Assembly (NCBI RefSeq): GCF_018977255.1
Contig: NW_024705511.1
Span: 1 to 38,195, forward strand
DNA length: 38,195 bases
From: Callorhinchus milii
Lineage: Eukaryota
Direction: 5' to 3'
In this document: positions 1-11,575 of the stretch, piece by piece
Layout: every line of letters begins with the position of its first letter
Numbering within the stretch: position 1 is the first letter of the stretch
Notes under the pieces: generated by a model
What the model saw: the letters and a program-made list of their open reading frames with translations, nothing else
The model's database searches: none
What the model was told of the DNA's origin: nothing
Translations under genes and position numbers: made by a program

Positions 1-24
1 GAGGACATTTATCCGGCCCATGGT

Positions 25-299
25 CACTAATTGGGCTGCACTTGTGAGCACTTATTGCGGCGCTGGTGAGCACTAATTGGGCTGCGCTGGTGAGCACTCA
101 TTGGGCTGCGCTGGTGAGCACTAATTGGGCTGCGGTGGTGAGCACTCATTGGGCTGCGGTGGTGGGCACTGATTGGGCTGCGGTGGCGAGCACTGATTTG
201 GCTGCGCTGGTGAGCACTGATTGAGCTGCGGCGGTGGGCACTGATTGAGCTGCGGCGTTGGACACTCATTGGGCTGCACTGGTGAATGACTCAATGGGC
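25..299. repeat. 24-bp minisatellite (CACTAATTGGGCTGCGCTGGTGAG), about 11 imperfect copies, inside the transposon 5' region
   Basis: Tandem units are visible directly and give the 8-aa periodicity of ORFs 27..269 and 121..588. Confidence 0.9.
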
Positions 300-642
300 C
301 AATTGACTGGACTTGCCCCCCAGGCCTAAGGCTGCCAGCCCTCCCCTGGCTGCGCTTGACTGGCTCTCCCTCCCTCAGCTCCCTCACTTGCCCCTCGACT
401 CCACTCCCAGTGATATTCCTGTGTGCTGGGGATGTAGATCCCCAGCACACGCACCGCTGAGTAAATGATAGAGGGGTAATAACAGAGTGATCTCTGATCT
501 CTGGAGGGGCTGCCTGCTGTTTTTCCATGCTGGTCAGTGACAGACAACCGAGGAGTAGGAAACCCAATTTAAATGACAGTAAGTGCATTTATATTCTGAT
601 TGCTATTCATTTGTATGAGGTTATATGTTGTATGTTGTGTAA

Positions 643-897
643 GCCCCAGTTCATACTGTTGCGATCTCTGAGCAGTGCGAGTTCAGCCATATGCTTGTAT
701 GGCTGAACTTGCATTAGATTCGGAAGAAAAAAGGCACATGTGCCTTCTTTTTTCCTGCAGTGGAATCGGATCGCATGGGTCTTTTCCCCCATGCGATCAG
801 ATTCCTATGCGAGTTCGCAGATCGCACTGCGATCTGTGAACAAAACTGCAGGTGTAATTAACTTTTTAATGGCACCCGCACCAGTGTGAGCCTGGGG
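643..897. mobile_element. PIF/Harbinger-like MITE nested in the hAT 5' region
   Basis: TAA at 640-642 and 898-900 flank imperfect 16-bp inverted ends GCCCCAGTTCATACTG / CAGTGTGAGCCTGGGG. The interior holds four hairpins, e.g. GTTCAGCCATA..TATGGCTGAAC and GGAATCGGATCGCATGG..CCATGCGATCAGATTCC. Confidence 0.6.
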
Positions 898-1048
898 TAA
901 AAGCGGAGTTCCCCCAATCAGACTGCATTGATGGGCAGTGCAGTCTGTATGTCTCTGTGTGGGCAAAGTTATTGCTGGTATATTGTTTTTGTAGCGCTGT
1001 ATATATATTGGTATTTTACTAATAGCAATTTTGACTCCCTAGGAAACA

Positions 1049-2854
1049 ATGATGTCAAGAAAGAGAAAAATTGACTCGGAGTGTAGGATATTCAAAGAAC
1101 AGTGGACTTATGATTACTTTTTCATGCAGTACAAGGAAAGAGCTGTGTGTCTGATATGCCAGAATATAGTGTCTGTGTTCAAAGAATACAATTTACGTCG
1201 ACACTATGAAACTCAACATGAAGATAAATATGATTGTTTGGTCGGAGAAGTGAGAAAAGATAAAATATTAAAACTGAAAAATACATTAACAACTCAGCAA
1301 AATACTTTTGTGAAGCAGAAGCAGCTAAATATTTCATCACTGCGAGCAAGTTTTCAAGTTGCCAAGCTAATAGCGTGCACTGGCAGACCATTCGTGGAGG
1401 GAGAATTTGTTAAAGAATGCCTTCTTTCTGTTGCCAAAGAGATGTGTCCAGAGAAGGCCGATTTATTTAGTACAGTGAGTCTTTCAGGACCTACAATTAC
1501 ACGGAGGATTGAAGAAATGGGAGACAATTTGCATCAGCATTTGCAAAACTCCACAAAAAAACTTTCCTATTTTTCCTTGGCACTCGACGAAAGCAATGAT
1601 GTTCGTGATTCTGCACAACTTCTAATTTTTATTCGTGGGACGAATGACTATTTCGAAGTCACAGAAGAGCTTGCTGCACTGCAAAGCATCAAAGGAACAA
1701 CTACAGGAGAGGATATCTATGAAAAGGTTTGCCAAACTGTGAATGGTTTGGAGCTGAACTGGGCTAAACTAGCCAGTGTGACAACTGATGGTGCTCCTAG
1801 CATGGTGGGGTCTAAGAAAGGAGTAATTGCTCGCATTAACCAAGAGATGGACAAACATAACCATTCTCATCCAATAGCCATACACTGCCTCATCCACCAA
1901 CAAGCGCTGTGTAGTAAATCACTGAAGTGGGACTCTGTTATGAAAATTGTGGTATCTTGTGTTAACTTCATTAGAGCTCATGCACTAAACCACAGACAAT
2001 TTCAGGAATTTCTGTCTGAGCTAAATGTTGACTATGAAGATGTTCTCTACCACACAGAAGTCCGTTGGCTGAGTCGAGGGAGAGTTTTGAAACGTTTCTA
2101 TGACTTACTTCCACAGATTACAGCTTTTCTGCTTTCAAAAAACAAAGAAGTACCAGAGCTCCATGATGCAGAATGGAAATGGCACCTTGCCTTTCTGACA
2201 GATGTAACAGAGCTACTCAACAGTTTCAATGTGCAACTTCAAGGAAAGGGGAAGCTCATCTGTGATATGCAATCACATGTCAAAGCATTTGAAGTAAAAT
2301 TAGGCCTCCTCATCAAACACGTGAAGGAGGAAAACTTCTGCCATCTCCCCACAACTCAAAATCTGTTAGCGGAAAAACCATTGGTTGCATTCCCAAACAA
2401 AACATGTGTGGATTCACTGGAAAAATTGCAAAAGGAGTTCCAATTTACATTTAAAGAGCTTCATCTCCATGAACAGGACATACAGCTTTTCCGTAACCCA
2501 TTTTCTATTGACATTGAAAATGTCGATACAATTTACCAAATGGAACTGGCTGAACTGCAGACTTGTGACTCTCTGAAAGACGCATTCAAGTCAAGCAACC
2601 TTCATCATTTCTATGCATCTCTCCCCTCTGAGACATATCCTCATCTCAGGAACCATGCACTCAAAATGGCAACCATCTTTGGCAGCACTTATGTCTGTGA
2701 ACAGACTTTTTCCAGAATGAAACATTTGAAATCTCCAACCAGATCTAGACTAACGGATACACACTTGCATCACTTGTTACGACTAGCAGTGACAAATATG
2801 GAACCGGACATTGACCATCTCATTAGCCAAAAGCAGGCCCATAGTTCCCATTGA
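1049..2854 (+). CDS. hAT transposase (GTF2IRD2/EPM2AIP1-like), 601 aa, intact
   Basis: BED-type finger CLIC..HYETQH, catalytic D in LALDES, D in TTDGA, CxxH (HCLIH), RW (VRWLS), E in TYVCEQTFS, and a C-terminal dimerisation domain (RSRLTD). No internal stops. Confidence 0.95.
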   Translation: MMSRKRKIDSECRIFKEQWTYDYFFMQYKERAVCLICQNIVSVFKEYNLRRHYETQHEDKYDCLVGEVRKDKILKLKNTLTTQQNTFVKQKQLNISSLRASFQVAKLIACTGRPFVEGEFVKECLLSVAKEMCPEKADLFSTVSLSGPTITRRIEEMGDNLHQHLQNSTKKLSYFSLALDESNDVRDSAQLLIFIRGTNDYFEVTEELAALQSIKGTTTGEDIYEKVCQTVNGLELNWAKLASVTTDGAPSMVGSKKGVIARINQEMDKHNHSHPIAIHCLIHQQALCSKSLKWDSVMKIVVSCVNFIRAHALNHRQFQEFLSELNVDYEDVLYHTEVRWLSRGRVLKRFYDLLPQITAFLLSKNKEVPELHDAEWKWHLAFLTDVTELLNSFNVQLQGKGKLICDMQSHVKAFEVKLGLLIKHVKEENFCHLPTTQNLLAEKPLVAFPNKTCVDSLEKLQKEFQFTFKELHLHEQDIQLFRNPFSIDIENVDTIYQMELAELQTCDSLKDAFKSSNLHHFYASLPSETYPHLRNHALKMATIFGSTYVCEQTFSRMKHLKSPTRSRLTDTHLHHLLRLAVTNMEPDIDHLISQKQAHSSH

Positions 2855-3042
2855 AATACTGGCAAGTTTGTTGATTTAACTTTACTTGTTCTTCATTTTA
2901 TATATTGTATTTGTTCCCGTTTTGTTTCTTCACTTCAAAATAAGATATATGCAGTGTGCATAGGAATTTGTTCATAGTTTTTTTAACTATAGTCCGGCCC
3001 TCCAACGGTCTGAGGGACAGTGAACTCGCCCCCTGTTTAAAA

Positions 3043-3058
3043 AGTTTGAGGACCCCTG
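3043..3058. repeat. Right terminal inverted repeat of the hAT element
   Basis: AGTTTGAGGACCCCTG gives a CAG-initiated Charlie-type TIR on the minus strand. The presumptive TSD GCCTAGAG is at 3059-3066. Confidence 0.85.
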
Positions 3059-3066
3059 GCCTAGAG

Positions 3067-3421
3067 GATACGTCCTCACACTTGGTGTGCCCTCACACTA
3101 TACTCTGCTATCGGGAATTCCTCCGCTAAGGGACCTAGGGGAGCCTATGCTCACCCGACCTTGCCAGGGTAACGGGTGCCGCCACTGGGCCATTCAGACC
3201 TGGCCCTGACAAGGGCCGGGGGTCGGAAGTGCCAGGGCGCTATCTAGATGTCTTCGGGTCTTGAGGTGAGTGTGGACTGACTCACGCTGGGAGAGCTGCC
3301 CTTTTTATACTCCTCTCTCCCAACCGCCTTCTCTCGAGAGGGTCTGGGTCTGACCGTTGGCCCCCCAGCCCCCTCCCTCAACGGTTATTGTAGTCTTGGG
3401 TCGTACACCCGTCACTCAACA
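3067..3421 (-). mobile_element. Possible LTR remnant
   Basis: The minus strand reads purine tract AAGGGGGC, then TG at 3421, then TATAAAAA at 3309-3302. No second LTR or pol ORF was found. Confidence 0.25.
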
Positions 3422-4229
3422 GCCCCCTTGGCTGTTCTGCGCCCCCTACACACTGAGGGCGCCACTGGAGGTACATGACCCATACAATACGGCTACGCTG
3501 GTAAGTATACATGTTGCGCGTAACAATGCCGCTACACAGGTATACAGAAATAAATCCGCGTATACTCAAACTTCCCAGTTGCTAAATTCACGATTTTACG
3601 GTTGGCCAGGGATTGCTGCAATCACTCGTGGTTGTTTTTTTCGATACGTATTTGGTTTTCAGAAAGCACCGTTTACGCTGAGCGTCTCAGAGCACTTGGC
3701 ATGCAATGACTTTCACCACATCTTTTGTCGAGTAGCTGATTGGGCACGCCCAGTGGCAGCTGTTCCTGTGTGACACAATACGAGCCAGAAGTTAGCCTAC
3801 AAACGGGCGTCAGCCTGCCAGTATAAAGCAATGATTGCTGCGGCTGCAGCTGTGTAACCACAGTTTATTAATTTGCGAGTAACTTGGCGAATTTGGGCTG
3901 TGACGCGGGACCACAATCGCTGACTAATTTCCAGTGACATCATGGGGTCTCCAACCCGCGCCGTGAATGAAGTAGATAGTGCAGAGTATTTTACAGTTAA
4001 TAATACAAATCCTAGAATTATCCAGGACAGCCACCAGATTACAACCGCTGAAATTCGTGCGAATGGCCTGAGGTCGAACCGTGCCATTAATGCTGCTTGT
4101 GCCTAATACGTGGGGAACGGTAGGGTAGTGGTCACTGCACGACCCAAGTTCCATTTCCACTGACTATCAACGTCAGTTACGATTATCTAAACCAGTCCTG
4201 GGTCTCCCCAAGATTGGCGCAGCCTGAAA

Positions 4230-4308
4230 CGAGTACCTAATGTGGTGATTGCTAATAGCAATTTCTGCAAAAATCTGTTAAGGCTTCATGGGGACCTTTG
4301 TCTTTGTC
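4230..4308 (+). repeat. Diverged copy of a dispersed SINE/LINE 3'-end family with (TCTTTG)n tail
   Basis: TCTGTTAAGGCT..GGGG..CTTTGTCTTTGT matches about 34264-34303. Confidence 0.55.
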
Positions 4309-5572
4309 TGCCTCGTGTGTAGGTCCTGGGGTGCCTCCTGGGTTTGCGTGGGATACTGCTCCCTGCAAGGATCAATACTTTGGTGAGTTGCAGCGGAGGG
4401 TGATAGCTGATCATGTTTGTGTCCTTAGGACCATCTGCCACTCGAAAAGCCAAAACAAATTCAATGGCCACATGCACAAGCTTTGAAACGACACACCAAT
4501 TATGGTCGTTTAAACTCAACCACTGGGACACGTTGAAGAGAAATCCTCACAACAACCAAATTTGCCAACGAGATAATGACGCTTCGCTCGACACTGCATC
4601 AAACATTCAGAAGACGAGATCATAAGCCGCCATCAAACGCTTATACAACACGTCATGACCATTTGTTTTGTTTGGCTGCGTAGGATGGTGGAGGGTATTA
4701 CGATACAAAATTGGACAGATCTTGGCCCGACGAAAAAAATATTAATAGATCATGAATTATTTCCGACCAACCATGCCTTATGATATATAATGCACCATTG
4801 TGATTCACGTTGGTTGTCGGGGCTATAGGTTTCAAGCGGTAAATATGAATTGTGAATTAAAATTAAAGTTAATAAAACCTATGTATTGATCCTATAGGGT
4901 TTAACATAATAGTTAATACAAATGTAGCGTATTTAGTATGTGCATTCTTCTGAAAGTTTACAGCTATATATGTACGTTTAGTTTATTTCGCACCATACAA
5001 AACCAACAGTGCTAATCGGAGGTTTGGGAAATCACAGACGAAGCCCGAAGTAATTGCACGTCAGGGTTAATGTCGCCATGTCTCGTCCCAATTAAGTCAT
5101 TGGCAGTGTAAATGTTCTAATTCGGACCATGACGTTGGCACACAACGGTCTACTCCTTTGGAATGATGTTACGGGGGTATTTAACTGGCACTTGCAAATC
5201 AAACGGCTCAAAATATTTCACGGTAAAAATTAATACCGCAGTCAAAACCCAGGATGGTGTGGCGGATCCCAACCCCACGCTGAGTCATCATGCTAAATTT
5301 TTTGCATTTCTGCACTGGCGGCTGTGCGAGGCCGACGTGGTTTGTGACAGTGTTCCTCCTGTATCTCGTCATTCCCACAGACGGCTCGGGGATGCCTTGG
5401 AATGAGAGAATATTCTCAGGGAGCTACCCGCTCCACGAGGCGATCGCCACTCACGACCCCACCTTGGTAGACTTCGTCTCTAGCTGCCTATGGTAAGAAC
5501 CCCCCTGCTCTTGTCACTCTCCTCCAAGAGACACCCATAGAGTCACGAAGATTTACATAGAGATCCATAGTC

Positions 5573-6200
5573 ACAACAATAACAACAACAACCGCCATTC
5601 GCCACTAAGTGGCGGTGACGTCACCACGACGCTTGTGCCAGGCCATGTGCACCTTGAGGCCACGTGAAGTGTCGAACGCCCGCTGGCAGGAGGTCACGGG
5701 GCAGACCCAGGTGCCACGGGTCGACTGACTGAGATGACTGAGATGACTGGCTGATGCACCACCTGTGCCCCCTACTGTGCCAACTTGCTGTGCTTTAGCC
5801 ACCCAGCGCTCCGCTCGTTGTTGTGAGCGTCGCTCCTCCGCGCTCCGTTGTTGCTGGAGGGCGACTGCCTCCAACTGCCCAGCAGCGTCCTTCACGAGCC
5901 TCCTCCACAGAGGCCGATCTTGACACCGCTGGTACCGGTCTTCAGCAAGTCCACTCAGCTCCACATCCTCCAGTCCTGCATCAGTCCATCTCTAATCCAG
6001 CCCATTTCTTGCCCTTTTAGCCCTCTAACTGGACAAACAGAAGCAGCTTGGGCATGCGGTGGTGGGGCATGAGGGCTACATGACCCAGCGAATGCAGCGT
6101 TGCCTGCTGGAGGAGCTAATTGATGGGACTGTGTCCAGATCTTTCAAGGATTTGTGAGCCCCTCACACAATCCAGCCTGGTTAAACCAAGGATGGATTGT
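5573..6200 (-). mobile_element. RTE-clade LINE 3' fragment (about 0.63 kb) with (GTT)n tail
   Basis: The minus strand translates to LGHVALMPHHRMPKLLLF..CQDRPLWRRLV and a C2H2 finger CPVTSC..HMAWH (ORF 5605..5964). The tail reads (CAA)n on the plus strand. Homologous to 12583-13163. Confidence 0.8.
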
Positions 6201-6794
6201 AGAGAGGCCAGCCTAAATGTTTCAAACCAGCGCAGATGTTCCATGACAGGGGTCCACATTTCACAAGTATAGACAGCCGATTAATATATAATGCTGCCTG
6301 ACTGATTCAGAGTGAGACCTCTGCTGTCAAACCGGAGCTGATCATAAGCACACTGCCCAGATCTAGAAAACTCTCCACTTTCCACTCTCTACACTCCATT
6401 GTATATACACACTTGCACACACTTGCACACTTGTAGCCTACACAGAATATGAGGTCAAGTGCGCACCTATGAAGAACGGCACTGCACACAAGGGAGGTGG
6501 TGTGACCAGAGCCATGGCCGGCTGCCTTCGTCTCCCCCGTGCTGACGTTCACTACATGCCACACCAGGTTCTCGTATTCATCTGAATCTAAGTAAGTTGG
6601 TACATTTGTAAATGCGCAACTATTATAAGCCAGGTGATCACGAGAAGCGCACAGGAAGATGGGGAATCGGTTGTGATGTTTGCTGTTGCCATTCTTAACC
6701 GTGAGATTGACTCGAACTCGGCTCGCCAGGTCCGGAACGTGGTGCGCTATCCGCTATGTGAGCGCCAATGCCTCATCAGTTTTTTCTGTCGCAG

Positions 6795-6994
6795 TTGTTG
6801 CCCCTGCTGCTCGCACCCGTCGCCCTCATCATCGTCCTCCCCGTCGTCGTCGTTGCCGCACAGCGACCCGGCGTCCCGTCTGGCGGCCGCCCGCAGCGGA
6901 CATCCCCATACTTCCAGACCCTCGCCGTGGCCGACTTACAGTGCCAGCGCCCCGAGCCGGCCTCCCTGAGCTCGCGGGAGGATCTCGACCACTG
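6795..6994 (+). other. Possible host-gene exon with a hydrophobic, signal-peptide-like segment
   Basis: Acceptor TTTTTCTGTCGCAG and donor TG|GTAAAA; open frame LLPLLLAPVALIIVLPVVVVAAQRP..; GC-rich. No homology recognised. Confidence 0.3.
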
Positions 6995-7311
6995 GTAAAA
7001 TGGTCATGGCCAGCCCAAGTTCGAGTGCGCGGCCTCCCTTCTTACAGTTGGCCCAACTCCGAATTGGAGCTGGAGCAAACATCCCCAAGTCAGCAGCCTC
7101 TCACCACCGGTGTGACAGTTCAGAACTGGTTTCTACTGCATTGCACACAATACCTGCTTGACGACTCGATGTGTGATCACGGCCACGATGCACCACTCCG
7201 CTACTCCTTACGCAATCATCTGGCTCGATCACCTCTATCCAATCAGAGCGGTCTACATCAGCCGCTTGTACTGCCATCCACGCGCCCACCACTCGCTCTG
7301 CCTGTCGATTA

Positions 7312-7429
7312 CCTTCAACCCAATGGCTTTGAATACACCACACAATCTCATTGACTCTGGGAGAGTAAGCAGGCCTGGGCTTAGTGCTTAGATGGGAGAC
7401 TCCCTGGGAATACCGGGTGTTGTGGGCTT
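7312..7429 (+). pseudogene. Degenerate 5S rRNA copy (pseudogene or SINE3 head)
   Basis: TAAGCAGG..TTAGTGCTTAGATGGGAGACTCCCTGGGAATACCGGGTGTTGTGGGCT closely follows the 3' half of vertebrate 5S (intermediate element and box C). The 5' half is decayed. Confidence 0.75.
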
Positions 7430-7849
7430 AGGCCACCAGATGACTAGTCGAAGGCGTGCATCGATGGATTCTTGATTCCATCTATCCGTATCATTGAGGT
7501 ACATCCTTGTCATATGCATGGCGTTCTACTTGGTACCGTTTCTTCCCACATGCACCACTCCATTCAATTGGCCAAACATTCCAATTTAGCGGGAGCCTCC
7601 TGATAATGTCTTAAGACTCAGTAGGGCTCTCCTGGGTAAACAGAAGGCAGCTTTCACATTTTGTTATTATCGGTCACCCTTTAACCCTTGTCTCTACACA
7701 CCAACCTGCAACATGTTCAGAACTCATCCAGCTGACTGTTCATCAACCCACCCTGGCCACCTGCTTCCCATCAGCTGTTCCCTCACTTGGCCATTCGTCC
7801 GAATGGAGGCAAGGGTTGGTCACTGGGGAGACAGAGTGAGCCGGGCCTA

Positions 7850-7975
7850 GTTCTGGCCACCCACTCCGTGCTGGCCACTTCACCCCCTCATGTGCCGTCC
7901 CGGCCTTAGCAGATGTTCGCTCGCAACATTTGCCCCGGCGGTCTCTTGAGGCGATGGGAGGGATCTCTGTCCTCT
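7850..7975 (+). repeat. Dispersed SINE/LINE 3'-end family copy
   Basis: GTGCTGGCCAC..CACCCCCTCATGTGCCGTCCCGGCCTT..TTGCCCC matches about 34190-34258. Confidence 0.7.
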
Positions 7976-8889
7976 TGAGTTGGTGACCGAGCAATTGTTT
8001 GAGTGACGCGGCTCTCTGCCCACATGTCGCCACCACAGAGCGCGGGTCGCATGGCCCAAGACTCGGGCGAGCTCAGCCTCACGGTCGCGCACGGGGAGCC
8101 AGAAGGAAACCCCAATGAGGACGTGGAACGTATCGGCGACGTCCTCTTTGGAACAAATGCCCTCCACCTCCACTCCCATCACTTCTCAGTTTCCTCATTC
8201 CGAGTGTGGCAATATCTGACAACCCCTGTGTTTTCACTGTCCCCAATTAGACTGTCAAGAAACTCTCGGCATCCTCTTGAGCGAGTGGAAGCAGCCCATG
8301 AGATGTGGTCTTGGTCGTGAAGTCTGTTGCGCTGACGCTACCGACGGCAGTATCGCGCTTTTATTCTGCCCTCGGCTTCTTGTGGTGCTCACAAGGGGCC
8401 GGCATTCCACCCCACTCCCTCCCCAGCAACTCAACTACTCTCATTGCGAGGCCACTATTCGATTCCTGATCAGATAATTTGTATGGTCTTGATATGATTC
8501 GTATTGTTTCTCAATTATTCTCCGTTTAATGATGAAATGTAATAACTTATTACGTTTTGTGTGCTCTGTTAGCTGCGGTCTCGCGTGGTAGGGGTGGCTA
8601 GCAAACCAACCTGCCACACCAGTGTCACATTGACCATCACCACCATGGGCCTAAATGTCAAATATATTGAACGATTGGAAATAATAACTTCTCACGCATG
8701 CAACTTGGCGCTTTTATCAGGTGCGTATCGCGTGGCGTGATTAACAATCGTGCAGTTAGGGTCGAAGCTAGTTTTGTTTTGTTTATTGGTCTGGTCGGCC
8801 CAAGTGCGTGTCGAGTCCGGGCTCTGCTCGGTTCGGGGTACTGCTGGTGCCACCACGCTTGTGACGCCGGCACTGGTGTCTCTCCGCAG

Positions 8890-9116
8890 CTTGAGCGAGC
8901 GCTACGAGGAGGAGATGGCAGTGCGAGCCGAGGCTCTAGTCAACTCCGGCAGGCGGCTGGTACAGAGGTACGAGCAGGAGAAGAGCCGTCTCGCCGACGG
9001 GCTGCTCCACCCACGCTTGCACGGATGGCCGGATGACGTCGCGGCCACCGAACGGCCAAACCACCAACCCGACGGACGACCCCCACCGACCGCCAGCCCA
9101 CGGGTACCCCCACCGA
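8890..9116 (+). other. Possible host-gene coding exon (coiled-coil-like)
   Basis: Strong acceptor GTCTCTCCGCAG and GC3-rich codons for LSERYEEEMAVRAEALVNSGRRLVQRYEQEKSRL. Ends at a GTAAAT donor (9117) or TGA (9124). Protein not recognised. Confidence 0.4.
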
Positions 9117-9579
9117 GTAAATGACCCAACACGCATCATCCTGACACACTGACCAAATAACTTACAGACCGATAATTCGCCACCCCATCCTATGACCCAA
9201 TAAAATACTTTCGCAACAATATATATGAACCCGACACCCGACTTGCCCACCCTCTGACTCTATAAGACACCGAGGCCAATACAATACACCGACTTGGTGA
9301 AACTCTGACCCATCAATCGACCCATTTGACTTCGAGCCTATCCACCGGATCACCAGCTGACCTACTGATCCAATAAACACTCTAACCTGGTAACTTACTG
9401 CCAAAATACTGATCCACCAAATGACCCTATAACCTTGCCAGCTAGGCTGATCTAATAATCCAAAAACCCACTGTCCCACCAGGCTATCCCCGCTATGAAG
9501 GAGGGACCGGTATTATAAATTAATGTTGTGTTTTTGTTCCGCGTTTAGGCACCACTGCCATTACTTGGCCATAAACGTG

Positions 9580-10796
9580 TTTAAGCCCAGGAGTGTCTGT
9601 GCACTCATCTTTCCCAAATGGAAGCTGCTCGTGGTGGAGGCAACATGTCACGTCTGGCAACGCAAAACTAGTTTAGCACCAATGGATTTGACTAAACCAC
9701 TCGTGCACAAGACCAGTTGAAAAATTATCCTGACATTTTTATAAATTAATACTCACCGTGAGGAGGGTAGTTCCTTAAACAGCATGCTCGAAGTGGTCGA
9801 GTGACACGGACTATGTTCTCCTGTACGTGCATTCCACGTAGTTATGTTCTCCTGTAAACGAGGGCTACTCCTAGGAAAATGTGCACAACGCACGCTGCGC
9901 TCCCACGGTTTCATCTTTACAATGAACTGCGCTTTCCATGTCACAGCGATCTGCAGGTTCTGCGCTTGTTTAGCTTGAGGCTGTAGTCATCGCCGCGATG
10001 CCGCGAGGGAGTCTGCTGAGTGAGCTCCTGCGCCCCATTATCAATCGAAGGCTCGCGTTGCCGAGCCACGTGTCGCCAGGCTCGATCGGAACACGACGGT
10101 GGCTGGGAGGGCTCGGCGGGTTGTTTAAAGTTCTTGGGAGACACCGCAATGGGGGATCAACGTAGGCTCGGAATGAACTTAGCAAAATTATATCACTTGA
10201 GAGAGAAGGCTGCAGATGTGTGCGTCGTTGTCTCGTTACCAGCTTTTGTTGAAACTTGGGTGTCACGTGGTGCATTTTATCATTCTCGCGACAGACTGCA
10301 AAGGCTGAAGTGGAATTCCTCACACATCCGACACGACAATATACGCACAGACACACGTAAACTTTACCCCCTGTATTTCCAATATTCCTATAACCGTGCT
10401 CGATTCAAGACACTTATTATCTCTTTATCGGTGACACCTTTAATAGTCATGTTTTTTGCTGGCTGTTTTGTGTGTGTGGGTCTTTGGGGCTGTCTGATGA
10501 ACAAAAATAAAATTAGTTCCTTGAGTGTTATCCCCTCCATATACGTAGGCTTTGTTCGGGCACTCCAGTTTCCTGCCACACACGACGACCAATTCAGCTC
10601 CTGCCCTCAGGACCCTCTTGGAAATGCAGCTTGAGACCACCAATCACTGCACTGCCACTCCCCAAATGCAGGATACTGCAGCATGCGTCAAAAATAAAAT
10701 CCATTCCAGTCATTCTCAGCACAACGGATGAAGGCCCTTCCCGTACGTCGCGTTAACAATGGGGGTCATTTGATAATATTTCACCACGCTGGTGAG
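9580..10796 (+). repeat. About 1.2-kb segment duplicated in direct orientation at 36992-38195
   Basis: Near-identical from TTTAAGCCCAGGAGTG onward, with only scattered substitutions and small indels. Confidence 0.95.
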
Positions 10797-11294
10797 TGCG
10801 AGTGCAAAATTATTCCCGGTGTAGCGATCCGGAGCGTTCCGACTGAAAGTAAACATTGAGCATCGCGATGGAGAGAAAGAGCAGTCTAATCACGAGAGAA
10901 GAAGGCGCGATGAAGGGACCACTCCTACCCCTTGTAGAAAGCCACCCTCCCTTATCACGCTTCTTGATACTTCTCCACTGTTCCAGGCGGCGTGGGCCAG
11001 GTCTTCACGAACCGGCTACCCTTATGCCGCCCCCTGCTGGCGTGGGGTGGCGACGCCTGCTCATCACCCAAATTCGGAGGCCTCATTCCCCGCCGTTCTG
11101 GCCTTAGTGACGGAATATGGAGGTGCTTCGGGATACAAATTAAATGTAACTAAATCGGACTTGATGCCCCAAATAAGTTCTCAAGAAATGAGTTTTCAAT
11201 CTAGATGATTTAAAAGTGTATCGCTCCAGTGGCTTCCTAATATCGGAAGCGCATCTGAAAGCGTGTGATGTGCTGAGGCCAGAGCACAAATAAT

Positions 11295-11575
11295 CATCCC
11301 CATGCAACATGGCCACCATGATGCAGTCCCCCATGCAACATGGCTACCATTAAGTCCCCCATACAACACTGCCAACATGAAGTCCCCCATGCAACATGGC
11401 TACCATTAAGTCCCCCATACAACACTGCCAACATGAAGTCCCCCATGCAACTTGGCCACCTGGATATCACTCATGCATCATGGCCGCTATGAAATCTTCA
11501 ATGCATCATGGCCACTGTGACATCCACCATGCAACATGGCCATCGGGATGTTCCACCATTCACCATGGCCCTCTG
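11295..11575. repeat. About 28-bp minisatellite (TCCCCCATGCAACATGGCYACCATKAAG), decaying rightward
   Basis: Visible tandem units, including an exact 56-bp dimer duplication. Confidence 0.85.

Larger units (their letters stand above)
1..3058 (+). mobile_element. hAT (Charlie-group) DNA transposon, OC1/OposCharlie1-like; left TIR lies just outside the window
   Basis: Contains an intact hAT transposase ORF. Ends in AGTTTGAGGACCCCTG (reverse complement CAGGGGTCCTCAAACT), followed by the 8-mer GCCTAGAG, which fits the Charlie NNNTANNN target. The window start GAGGACATTTATCCGGCCC matches my recollection of the OC1 5' subterminus. The family name is from recall, not a database search. Confidence 0.9.

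Noticed and set aside
1049..2854. Host gene GTF2IRD2/EPM2AIP1 or a SPIN element
   Set aside because: The intronless ORF with TIR and TSD-like flank indicates a transposon. The TIR is CAGGGGTCCTCAAACT, not the CAGCGGTTCTCAACCT I recall for SPIN.
5558..6213. TSD around the first RTE fragment (TAGAGATCCA versus TAGAGAGGCCA)
   Set aside because: Too short and mismatched to distinguish from chance.
7312..7429. Functional 5S rRNA gene
   Set aside because: The 5' half and box A region are degenerate, there is an internal deletion, and there is no oligo-T terminator or tandem array.
9970..10643. ORFs up to 204 aa in the duplicated segment
   Set aside because: The frames are broken by indels in the second copy and have no recognisable motifs.
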